A stretch of 64,000 bases of DNA from Octopus sinensis (Eukaryota), in assembly GCF_006345805.1 (NCBI RefSeq), contig NC_043026.1:1240001-1304000 (forward strand). Reading direction: 5' to 3'. The number at the start of each line of letters is the position of its first letter. Position 1 is the stretch's first letter. Of this stretch, positions 36,161 through 47,993 are shown piece after piece. The notes beneath the pieces are model-generated. The model saw only the letters and a program-made list of their open reading frames with translations. It made no database searches and had not been told where the DNA came from. The position numbers and the translations under genes are program-made.

Positions 36161-38420
36161 CATCATCATCGTTTAACGTCCGTTTTCCATGCTAGCATGG
36201 GTTAGACGGTTTGACTGGGGTCTGGGAAGCCAGGAGGCTGCACCAGGCTCCAGTCTGATCTGGCAGTGTTTCGGTGGCACATGTCACCGGCACGTGTATC
36301 ACAACTACAATTTCCATTTGATTTTGATTTTGATGTACTTGACTCAATAGGTTTCCTCAAGCACAGCAGGTTGCCCTACGATCCAAGGTAAACACAGCAG
36401 GCCGTTCTGCAATCCAAGGTACTTTGGATGGGCTGGGGCTGCTATGTGAAGCTGGTGCACGAAATAGCCATGAACTCGTGTTATTTGTCGGGTCTTTGCA
36501 GTCACAGCATATCTCCAGAGGTCTCGGTCTTTCGTCATTGCCTCTGCGAGGCCCAATGTTCGAAGGTCATGCTTGACCACCTCATCCCATGTCTTTCTGG
36601 GTCTACCTCTACCCCGGATTCTTTCAACTGTTTGGGAGTGGCACTTCTTCACACATCTCTCCTCAACCATCCGTAGTACATGACCATACCAGCACAGACA
36701 TCTCTCTTGCACACCACATCTGATGCTTCTTATGTCCAGCATTTCTCTAAGGGTGCTTACACTCTATTGTGTGTGCACACTGATATTATGCATCCAGCAG
36801 ATCATGCTAGCTTCATTTCTTTCAAGCCTACACATGTCCTCCGCAGTCACAGCCCATGTTTCACTGCTTGAAGCTTGGCAGTACACACACATGCATTGTA
36901 CAATCTACCTTTCACTCTGAGCAAAAGACCCTTTGTCACCAGTAGGGGTAGGAGCTTTCTAAACTTTGCCCAGGCTATTCTTATTCTAGTGGTGACACCA
37001 TCTGAGCATCTACCTCCACTACTAACTTGGTCACCTAGGTAGCAGAAACTATCAACTACTTTTAGTTTCTTTTCCTGGAGTGTAATGAAATCTGTTTTCT
37101 GAGAAGCAATGGTGTCTGTTGCCCCTGTGCATCTGCCGCACATGAAAGCTATCTTATCAGTTAATTTTCCTTTGATGGTGCTGCACCTCTTATGTGTCCA
37201 TAACTTACACTGGGTACATTTTATGGAGTTTCTACCTACACCTTTTCTACAGATCGAGCAGGGCCACCTACCTGAAGGGGTGGGTGGTGAGTTCGCCTTC
37301 CTACTTACTATAACTTTGGTCTTTGCTACATTTACTCTAAGGCCCTTTGATTCTAACCCTTGCTTCCACACCAGAAATTTCTTTTCTAGTTCTGGTAGTG
37401 ATTTTACTATGAGAGCCAGGTCATCAGCATAGAGGAGCTCCCAGGGGCAACCTGTTTTGAATTCCTCTGTTATTGCCTGGAGGACTATGATGAATAAAAG
37501 GGGACTGAGGGGGATGAACCTTCGTCGACCCCTACTTCTACTCGGAATTCTTCACTATACTCATTGCCAATCCTAACCTTACTAACGGCTTCTCTGTATA
37601 GGGCTTGTACAGCCCTTATTAACCATTCATCAATCTCCAGTTTTCACATCGCCCACCAGATAAGGGATCGGGGGACCATGTCAAAGGCTTTCTCCAAGTC
37701 CACGAAGGCTATGTAGAGGGGTTTATCTTTAGCTAGGTATTTCTCCTGCAGTTGTCGACCCAGGAATATGGCATCAATGGTGCTTCTATCCGGCACAAAA
37801 CCGAACTGCATCTCATCTAAGTAGACTCTCTCCCTAATGAGATGGGCTATGACCCTCTCTGTAACCTTCATCACCTGATCCAGCAGTTTGATACCCCTGT
37901 AGTTATTTCTATCTAGAGCATCACCTTTACCCTTGTAGCAGTTGACTATGGTGCTGCTACGTATGACTCCATTATGAACTACCTGGTTTACAATGCAGGT
38001 GACTAGGCTGTTGCCCACACCACCAGATGTTTTAAGCATCTCAGCATTGATTCCTGATGGGCCAGGGGCTTTTCCTGGTTTCATACCCTTAATTGCCTTA
38101 ACTACTAGAGATCTGTCTATTAGGACAGCTGGTCCCTCTACTGGGTCAACATTTGGCAGGCTCTCCTCCTCCCATTCAATCTCCACGTTCAGTAGTCTTT
38201 TATAATGGCTTCTCCAAGCCTCTTTCTTTTCACCAACATTGAAAGCAAGTGCACCATCATCCATGCGGACACATTTCTCTCCTGTGATATCACTATTTTC
38301 TCTCACACACTGTCTAGCAATACGAAATACCTCAGTTCTTTGGTCCTCGTGTTGCTGGACATTGGCAAACTTCTTTTCCGCTTCGCCCTTGGAGATCAGA
38401 TGTCTCCTGAGGCTAAACTA
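36161..38420 (-). mobile_element. RTE-X-like LINE, 5'-truncated
   Basis: RT ORFs at 37644-38306 and 36847-37371, highly similar to the 13161-15327 copy; (GAT)n tail at 36161. Confidence 0.93.
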
Positions 38421-38442
38421 CTGCAACATTCATCCTCTATCA

Positions 38443-38495
38443 GGACTGCCACGTTGTGTTGGCAAACAGTCTTTACTACATATATATACACACAC

Positions 38496-38531
<36 letters not shown>

Positions 38532-38574
38532 GTATGTAGTAAAGATTGTTTGCCAACATAACGTGGCAGTCCTG
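38443..38574. mobile_element. Small MITE-like hairpin with (TA)n centre
   Basis: Inverted arms of about 40 bp, CAGGACTGCCACGTT.../...AACGTGGCAGTCCTG. Confidence 0.7.
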
Positions 38575-38592
38575 TATGTATATATGCATATA

Positions 38593-39236
38593 TGAGTACA
38601 GGATGTCACCAACAGTAATCAACATAAAATATGGAAACGAATGAGTTAAATACGAAAACAACAAGAGACAAAATGGAAAACGGGTCAAATAATACACTGA
38701 ATTTTTGGCTTTCTATCTACTCGTCATTTCGAGCATTGAACAACAATATGAGTTTTCAAAATACCAAAATAAATTTTTGGATTATGGGTCAAAGTTGGGA
38801 ACAAAAACAGGATGGACAGTGGTGACATACAAGGAAACCAAACATGGAGGGTTGCTAGACCAGAACGTGGGTAAAATAGTGAACACTGGAGAAATATTTT
38901 CTTTGAGAAGAGAAAAGATAGAAGAGAGAGATAGATGTTCAGTCCTGCAGGGAAACAAAGATGGACGATGGTCACGTGAGAGCAACGAAAGAGAGTAAAA
39001 GTGAGGAGAGAGAAACAGATAGAAAACGGTGAAGGGGAGAAAAAGAATTTGTTTTCTCCACCATCCTTCTCTAATTGACTGCTTGAAATGGGAAGAAGAA
39101 AGACAGCCAACAACTGATGACGTGTCATTCTTTCTATCACTTGTCTTGCTTTCCATTTTTTCTCTCATTATTTGCATATTTAATTCATTTGTTTTTGTAT
39201 TTCATGAGGTTTACTATTGGTGACGTCCTGTACCCA
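38593..39236. mobile_element. Non-autonomous TIR element in (TA)n context
   Basis: 26-bp TIRs TGAGTACAGGATGTCACCAACAGTAA / TTACTATTGGTGACGTCCTGTACCCA. A related internal sequence lies at about 32480-32835. Confidence 0.7.
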
Positions 39237-39239
39237 TGA

Positions 39240-39298
39240 ATGCATATATATGTATATTATATATATATATAATATATGTATGTATATATGTATGTATG

Positions 39299-39334
<36 letters not shown>

Positions 39335-39349
39335 ATATATATATATGTG

Positions 39350-39400
<51 letters not shown>

Positions 39401-39488
39401 ATGTATATATAATATATATATATATGTGTATGTATATATATATATAATATATATATGTGTATGTATATATATATATTATATATGTGTG

Positions 39489-39523
<35 letters not shown>

Positions 39524-39534
39524 ATGTATATATA

Positions 39535-39569
<35 letters not shown>

Positions 39570-39684
39570 ATGTATATATATATATATATGTATGTATGTA
39601 TATATATATGTATGTATGTATATATATGTGTATGTATATATATATATATATATATATATAATGTATGTATATATATATATGTAT

Positions 39685-39716
<32 letters not shown>

Positions 39717-39880
39717 ATATATAATATATATATGTATGTATATATATATATGTATGTATATGTATGATATATATATATGTATGTGTATATATATATATAT
39801 ATATTTATGTATAATTTACTATTGGTGACGTCCTGTACCCATGATGCACATATATATGGTATGTATATATATATATGTAG

Positions 39881-39913
<33 letters not shown>

Positions 39914-39964
39914 GTATATATACTATTGGTGACGTCCTGTACCCATGAATGCATATATATATGT

Positions 39965-40011
<47 letters not shown>

Positions 40012-40030
40012 ATATAATATATATATATAT
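39240..40030. repeat. (TA)n/(TATG)n microsatellite with embedded TIR copies
   Basis: Read directly. TIR copies at 39816-39841 and 39921-39945. Confidence 0.9.
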
Positions 40031-40032
40031 AT

Positions 40033-40269
40033 CTGTTTCCTCTTTTCATGGTTTTGCAAGCCTTATTATTATTGTATCCCCATCTAATAGCGTTATCGTT
40101 GTCTTTCGTCTCAAATGCTAGCTGAAGCATAAAAACTTTCACTCACAAAAACTTATTCACACCACCGCAAAGCATTTCATCTCAACCCTGTCTTCTTTCT
40201 GCCGCCTAAAACCTCATCTCCCAATTCTCTCTCTCGCTATGTGGTGTCGGTTCTCCCTCTGTTTTCACT

Positions 40270-40329
<60 letters not shown>

Positions 40330-40586
40330 ATATATCTCACCTTCACTCGCTTCCGCAGGATGAAAAAACATCAGCAAAGTTCCCGACCTGTTTCCTCTTT
40401 TCATTGTTTTTGCAAGCCTTATTATTATTGTATCCCCATCTAATAGCGTTATCGTTGTCTTTCGTCTCAAATGCTAGCTGAAGCATAAAAACTTTCACTC
40501 ACAAAAACTTATTCACACCACCGCAAGCATTTCATCTCAATCCTGTCTTCTTTCTGCCTCCTGCCGCCTAAAACCTCACTCCCAAT
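40033..40586. repeat. Direct duplication of about 195 bp (period 355) with (CT)n spacer
   Basis: CTGTTTCCTCTTTTCAT...CCCAAT at 40033-40225 and 40388-40586. Confidence 0.9.
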
Positions 40587-41096
40587 GCGCGGTGCGCCCG
40601 CCCTCCCACCCCCACTACCAATACCGGATATCTCTATATTTTGCTCCATCTATACCGGATGTCGCTCTTCCCACCACCATTATAGGTGTCTACTCTTCGA
40701 ACCCCCCTCTTCAATACGCTATTTCACCATGCATTACCCCTCTCTCGATATCCTACATTCTACTTGCCTAGAACCTGTCATCATTTCTCTGAACCACCCC
40801 TCCCCACTGGTGCTCCCCTATATTTCTGCACCCCCCCCCCCCCACACACATAAAAAGCACCATCCGAACGTGGCCGATGCCAGACCCCTCTGGCACCTGT
40901 GCAGGTGGCACGTAAAAAGCACCCACTACACTCGCGGAGTGGTTGGCGTTAGGAAGGGCATCCAGCTGTAGAAACACTGCCAGACTAGACTGGAGCCTGG
41001 GGCAGTCCCGAGCTCCCCAGACCCCGGTCGAAACCGTCCAACCCGTGCTAGCGCGGAAAACGGACGTTAAACGATGATGATGATGATGATGATGAT
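40587..41096 (+). mobile_element. Composite retroposon (GC-rich head, one 155-bp module, RTE-X 3' tail)
   Basis: Unexpanded counterpart of 21366-22501; ends in (GAT)n. Confidence 0.8.
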
Positions 41097-41788
41097 GTAT
41101 GTATATATATATATGTATGTATATAACGGGAAGCTTTATGAAAATAAACAAAAGACGAAGGCAGGTGGAAAACAAACGAACAATTGTATTAGTATGGCGC
41201 TCAGGAAATATAAATAAAACAAGTCTTTAACGTTTCGAGCCTACGCTCTTCATATTTATGTATATGTATATATATATATATCATCATCATCATCATCATC
41301 ATCATTTAGCGTCCGTTTTCCATGCTAGCATGGGTTGGACGGTTCAACTGGGGTCTGGGGAGCCCGAAGGCTGCACCAGGCCAGTCAGATCTGGCAGTGT
41401 TTCTACAGCTGGATGCCCTTCCTAACGCCAACCACTCCGAGAGTGTAGTGGGTGATTTTATGTGCCACCGACACAGGTGCCAGACGAGGCTGGCGAACGG
41501 CCACGCTCGGATGGTGTTTTTAGCGTGGCCGTTCGCCAGCCTCGTCTGGCATATATATGTATGTATATATATATTTATGTATTTGTATATATATGTATAT
41601 GTATATATATATATGTATATATATATATGTATCTGTATATATATATGTATGTATATATTTATATACACATAATATGTGTATATATATGTGTGTATATGCT
41701 TATGTATATATATATAATGTGACCGCGTGTGTATCGTTGGCGATTTTTTTCCTCCGTCTTCCCTTCCTTGGATCTTTCCTCTTCCTAT

Positions 41789-41823
41789 GTTTCTGACGAA
41801 GAGCTCCACTCGAAATGTTAAAT
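41789..41823 (+). ncRNA. Minimal type I hammerhead motif (same family as 17843-17877)
   Basis: GTTT-CTGACGA-A-GAG(CTCCA)CTC-GAAA-TG-TT-AAAT. Core intact; stems show transition decay. Confidence 0.6.
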
Positions 41824-42981
41824 CCTCCTTCTTTCTTTCCTTTCCTGAGCATCCAATAACACTAGACTTGTTCCACATCCTCGCATTGTTGTGTTTTTGA
41901 TGTTTGGATTAACTATATATCTATATATATGTGTGTGTGTGTGTGCATATATATATGTGTGTATGTATATATATATATATATATATAATATATATATAAT
42001 ATATATATATGTATGCATATATATATATATATGTATGTGTATATATATGTGTGTGTATATATGTAGGTATATATATATATATATATATATGTAGGTATAA
42101 GTATATGTGTATGTATATATATGTATATATATATATATGTGTGTGTTTGTGTATGTATATATATATATATACATACACATTTATGTATATATACCTTAAA
42201 TTCTATTTTTCATCAAGTACTTTAAGTTTTTGTTCAGGCTAACAATATACACCATATATATCGTAACATCCCATTTTTTCTATGTACCTTTCATATTTTC
42301 TCACTTCCTGAGCGTTAAACTAATACATCTGTTTGTTGTTTACGCACCCATCTTCGTCTTTTGATTTTTTTGTAAATTCTCACTATATATATATATATAT
42401 ATACACATATATATACATACATACATGCATATATATATACATACATACATGCATGTGCTGATGAAGTGAAGACTTGTTTATTGAAGCATCCATTACTAAA
42501 ATTTCATAAGGGACAGAAACACATCTAAGCTATGATTCAGAAATCCACCATAAATAAAGAAACTGAGTAATAAGTTGAGGAGTCAACAACCATTCATTTA
42601 TAAATACCATACTCTTTGCAGTGTATTGAGTGCGCTTTTCCTTTATACAAATCTCACAGTATAGTGTTTGTTATTCAGGTAGATCATACCTCATCTGGCT
42701 GAATAAAGATGGTAGCATTGATGAAGGGATGATTCATAGTATTTTTGAAATACACTTGTTTTGCTTTGAAACTTAAAGCCTGTCCATACAAGGTTTAGTC
42801 TTTTTATATATCTTAAATTCTATTTTTTATCAAGTACTTTGTTCAGGCTAACAATATATCATAACATTCCATTTTTTTCTATGTACCTTTCATATTTTCA
42901 AGGGACTTTTATTTACATATAAAATTTCAAGTTAAATTTATTTCTTTTTTCAAAATAATTCTTTGTTTGTTTTTTTTTCTT

Positions 42982-43099
42982 TCTCTTCTGTCTACTTCCT
43001 GTTTCTCTTCTGTCAATTTCCTGTTTCTCTTCTGTCTACTTCCTATTTCTCTTCTGTCTACTTCCTGTTTCTCTTCTGTCTACTTCCTGTTTCTCTTCT
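42982..43099. repeat. 22-bp minisatellite, about 5 copies
   Basis: TCTCTTCTGTCTACTTCCTGTT repeated. Confidence 0.9.
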
Positions 43100-44263
43100 T
43101 TTGTCCTCTTCGATTTTGTTGTTTGCATCAAGCATCTCAGATGCAAAACATCATAGCAAAATCACTGCTGGCTATAATTTCTAGAAAAAAATCTACAGAA
43201 ATATCCTCTACAAATGATGTAAGAGCACTGCTAACATGTTGGAACCTAGTATTAATGATTTATGGAAACGTTTAATATACTTAATAGGATATCATGGTTG
43301 CATAAAGAAATACAGTGTTCTTACAGGTCATTGATCTTTCTTTTTTGTTTCAAAACATATCTTCTCTACACACCAGTACACACCAAGGTCTTGAAATCTC
43401 AAGCTTCTAGAAATAGCAGCTGAATCTCCTTCAAACCACACTTTTTCTCTATAGTTCTGTCTGAACAAAATTGACCCAGGAGTGAAAAAGAACAACCACT
43501 ACAAGACAGTTTATTCACAAACATTGTGCAACCTTGTAACCCTTTATAAAGAGGACCACTCCATCTTGCTTGTAATAACATTAAGATCTCTCCAATGTCA
43601 CACACAACTGTTTCAAAACCAGTGTGGGTAGCACTGAAAGATAAATATGATCTAAATATAAATGTTCACACATTTTTAATGTGTACAAATGTGGAATGGC
43701 ACTAACTGCAATATTTTGTTTCAAAATACTGTTGGTGTGTCTTTCTTAACACAAAAGTTTCTTTTGGAAGTTTCTTTGAGACAAAATATTACAGTTATTG
43801 CTGTTTTGTTTGTATATTATAAATTGAGTCATTCCAGTGAAATTCAATAAGGGTCCTTCATGAAGGTGCTTAAATTTTCTTCAAATTTTCATCATTTGTT
43901 AGTATCCATAAAAAGAATGATTCCTGAAAGTTTTAGCTCCATAGCTGTTAACAGTCAGATTTTATAGTCATTTAATGTTTTAGGCAATTTTTGAAATATT
44001 GAATTTCTTTTATTTTAGGGGCCTATCATTTCAAATAAGTTTGATACTGTACCTTGAAAAATATGTTTCTTTAATCCACGCTATCTCAATTCCTTCAGAC
44101 AGTAATGATCAATTATTTTCACTCAAGCCAAAAGAAGGAAAATTTTACTAGTCCCCAATGCCAACTCCATTCTAAATAAATTTTGGAAGACATTCTTGGA
44201 ATTCTAATGTCTGTACAACTAGAGTTGATCAGGAGATTAGCAACTACAAAGAGTGTGACAGTA

Positions 44264-44590
44264 TTGGGTCATCCCATAAGTTCTGTCTGAATTTTGAATA
44301 AAGAAAACAAGTGATCAAATGTTATATTTAATTGAAATTTAATCATCAAAGTACTTTCCCCGATTATCTATGACTTCCCTCCATCTACTTACAAGCTTTT
44401 TGATCCCATCAATGTAAAACTCTTTTGGTTTCAAACCAAAGAACTCTGAAATGTCAGTTTTGACCGCCTCCTGGCTTGCAAAAGTTATGTCCCCCAAATG
44501 ATTCTGTAAACTACGAAACAAATGGTAGTCTGAAGGAGCAAGGTCGGGAGAGTAAGGTGGATGAGCAATGATTCCAAAACATTTTTTTCA
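44264..44590 (-). mobile_element. Mariner transposase C-terminal fragment with TIR
   Basis: HPPYSPDLAPSDYHLFRSLQNHL...GIKKLVSRWREVIDNRGKYFDD*; TA followed by TTGGGTCATCCCATAAGTT terminus. Related termini at about 31140-31163 and 58793. Confidence 0.9.
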
Positions 44591-44707
44591 TAGAACTGTT
44601 ATACAATTTTTCCTTGAAATATTACAGTACCCATCCCTACAGACAAACACCACCATATTTGATGAGGCATTGAGTGAAACAAAAATTCTTCCAATCTTCA
44701 AATTATA

Positions 44708-44910
44708 CGAGGGGATGCTGAAGAGGTCCTGGCTTTGAGTAGAAGAAAATACAGGAGGGGGGGGATCAGTTTATTTTATTCTCAGATTCACATACTTATT
44801 GCAGTGGTCCTTCATGTTTGTAAGCCTTACAAAAGAACTCAGAAGGCTGGAACTCCAACCCAGGTCTTCCGCGAAACCCTTAAAGCCAGGAACTTTTCAG
44901 CGGCCCCTCA
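44708..44910. mobile_element. Mariner-derived MITE
   Basis: TA-CGAGGGGATGCTGAAGAGGTCCTGGCTTT ... AAAGCCAGGAACTTTTCAGCGGCCCCTCA TIRs. Confidence 0.8.
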
Positions 44911-45399
44911 TGTGTTTGTGTAACTTGAAATACACAACTGACATAAAATAACCATAGATATTAAATATTTTGAGCGCCAATCAAATTAACCCTGGTACTT
45001 ATTCTCTCAATTACCTTTTGCTGTCCATTCTTGGTCACAGAGACGCAGACTGTTGTGTTTCACTCTTATAGGACAAATGTTGAATGTTAGTAATTGCAAG
45101 TTACACAGCTCACTTTTCGAGAACCATGCTGTACCATTCCTAGTAGTGTTCTCTTCTCGTGATTTCCATGTGGTTGAATGAGACTTTGTTTGAGAGTTCT
45201 GTATACATATCAGGGTATCAAATCAGCAACCCAATGCAACTATCACATTATTGCTCCTCAAAGCGTTTTGACTTTTTATATCCTGCTGCAATTCTTGTGC
45301 TTCACTTGAGGAGTTGATGCAATTCTTGTGTTCGATCTTTGACTGCTCCAATTTCTTCTATGGCTCCAGCGTTGGTGTCATGTCTAGCCCAGGGACTTG

Positions 45400-47290
45400 A
45401 TATGGTTGCATTGTCACTGTTAGACATCTTTGCAGACTCAGCATGGTGTTGTGCTCAATTCTGGTTCTGGTTCCTGTGTGTTCAGTGGGGCCAGTTGTTC
45501 AACTGTCACTAACTTCAGTGGGTGACCCACCTTCTTAATCCATACAATATGCTTTCTGGCATGTATCACATATTTTACCTTGGATGCAACCTTGTTGAAT
45601 GTGGTTTTGTGTATCACATCCTCACCCATTTCAAAGAATAGGTTTACAGCAACCCTCAATGGTCTTAACTTTATGGCCAGTGATAATTTACAACCACCCA
45701 AGGCACTCCGATGGTTGAACAGAATTTTGTTCAAGTAGTTGCCAAAATTCCTTGTCTTCAGATCAAAATGCTTCAGTGCAGCTTTCACAGTTTGTGCCGT
45801 TAGATGCTGGACTGTAAGCAGGTGTCTCCATCTTTCTGCAACCTATTGATGACAATATATTCTTTAACACAACAAATTCAGGCCCGTTATCCGATACTAA
45901 GGCTGTGGGTACTCCAAAATGAGCAAAGACCTCCAGCAGTTTGCATTTTACTGCCTCAGTCAAGTGATTAGGACACAAGAATACCTCAATCCGAGTATGT
46001 TACTGATGTATGGAACATCTGCTCAGTCCATATGCACATGTTCTCAGGGCCCAGAAATAGGTCATGAATTATTTGCCTTTACTAAATTTGGCCTAACTCT
46101 CTGGCAACTATTGCACGATTTGACAAACTTCTCCATTGAGTAAGTCAACCTAGCCCAGCAAATACAAAGTGGTGCCTTCTTGTTTGTTGAATGCCCATAT
46201 GTGTGTCGTGTATTTTAGCTAATAATGTGGCTCTATAAGGTGCTAGAATAAATGGATGATTTTTAACAAATGCATTCAAGACGAATCTCCAATTTTGCTG
46301 TAAAATTCTTTCTTTTATTTTGTTATATAATGCGTTTACATTTAGTTGTTTTGGGATGCCTTCCATCATTATGGGGTCGATGTCCTGCCATGCACTGTTG
46401 CACTTGTCTAAATGCAAAGCAAAGAAAATTCTGTCACTGTTGTTATTCTCATACTTCAATCGAGAGAGGGCATTGATATGTGGAATACTTTTACCCAGAA
46501 TACACACAACAACAAAATCGTACTGTGATAGGATCAAACTCCACCTGGCTTTTTTTGTGAGGCACATTGAGATGCATCTAAATCCTTTGCGTTTAAAGGC
46601 TGGTGATCTGTTTCCAGATAAAACTGCTTTCCTAGAAGGAAATGCCGCAGTCTATCTATGCACCATACCACTGCATAATCCTCTCTCTCAATGTTCAACC
46701 AGTTTTGTTGTGCCTGGCTTATGAATGCTATGAATAAGGTGTGGCTTATGAATGCTATTGGGTGTCCTTCCTAACAGCCCAGCTGCTGCAATCAAGGATG
46801 CACCTACAGTGAGAGTGCTCATCTCCATTGAGTACGGTTGCAAGACTAGAGCCTCCAAAAGATGAGTGATCAGCATACGGAAGCCCTTAGCTTGTTCTTT
46901 ACCTCACTAGATCCAGTTGATAAGAATAGTTCTACTTTTTCAGTGTATGCCGAGACAAATCTTCTTTTGAAATTCATAGAGAGGTGAGGCACAAGCTGTT
47001 GGTTGACTCATTTTCTAGTTGCTTCGGTTTCAATAATTTTAATCTGTCCACAATGAACAGTCTTCAGCTTTATCGGTTTTTGCAACACATTCGGACAGGA
47101 GTTGGGAACCAGCAACCTTCTAGGTTATTCTGTGTGGCCTGTTACATGAATCCAAATTTTGTAGAACAAATATTTGGCATTCCTCCAGATGTATACCAAA
47201 CCCCCCGACTTTGTCGCCGTTCAGGTGGGGAAGTTATGTTACTTTCTAGACTTGCATTAGAACTGAAGCATGACTGTAGCAGGTGCTGAA
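45400..47290 (-). mobile_element. Gypsy-type LTR retrotransposon remnant (RNase H C-terminus and integrase)
   Basis: RWSLILSQYDF...ALSRL, IHDTHMGI, FGVPTALVSDNGPEF and ASNG motifs. No RT core seen. Confidence 0.85.
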
Positions 47291-47993
47291 ATAATACTTA
47301 TAACTTAGTAATTTTTTTAATTGCCGTGATCAGTCAGGGAGGAATTTTTTGTTGAATTTTTTGTTACTCTTTGGTAATTTACATGTTTTCAATTTAAGGT
47401 TAAAATAAAAATGATAAAAGGCGAGCAGAAACATGAATAAAAGTAAAAGATTTGGACATTCCTACGGTTCTGTTCCTCCCCCAACTTTGTTGTCTCATAA
47501 CTGTCAGAAAAATGGATTCTTTTTAATAAATTTCAACTAATACCACTTAGTGTACATTCAGGGTTCATAGGTATTTATTGGAAAAAATTTTCCAAGGTGG
47601 GGAGAGGAGTTTTTGAAAATGGGTATTTTTTATTGAAATTTTACATAAATACCTTTCAAACTGCTGCATAGATTAAGATTATAAAGGTATTTGTTGGGAA
47701 ATTTTTTTCCGAGTGTGTGGGGAGAGGAGTTTTGGATCAGGAAGCCCAGAAAAGTTGGAATTTCTCTTTTTTTTTGGGGGGGGTTCTATTTTTTTTTTTT
47801 ATATATTACCATGGCCTTCCAACTAATGGGTGCATGTGGGGTCTTTTATGAAAAATAAGCTTTTGAGAATTCATGATCTTTTTATCTTAACCATTCATCA
47901 TGTCAAAGAAGACTAAGAGAATGCTGAAGGAAGAGAACTGGTTTTAACAAAGATTGGGAATTGCAATTTTATTTTCTGTTGCTAAAGGTAACG

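Noticed and set aside
33908-42242. Numerous Ile/Tyr-rich ORFs
   Set aside because: These are translations of (TA)n/(TATG)n microsatellites, which lack stop codons in some frames.
43452-43626. AG/GT-flanked 58-codon open frame as an exon of a second gene
   Set aside because: No recognisable protein motif and no partner exons, and it overlaps a dispersed repeat.
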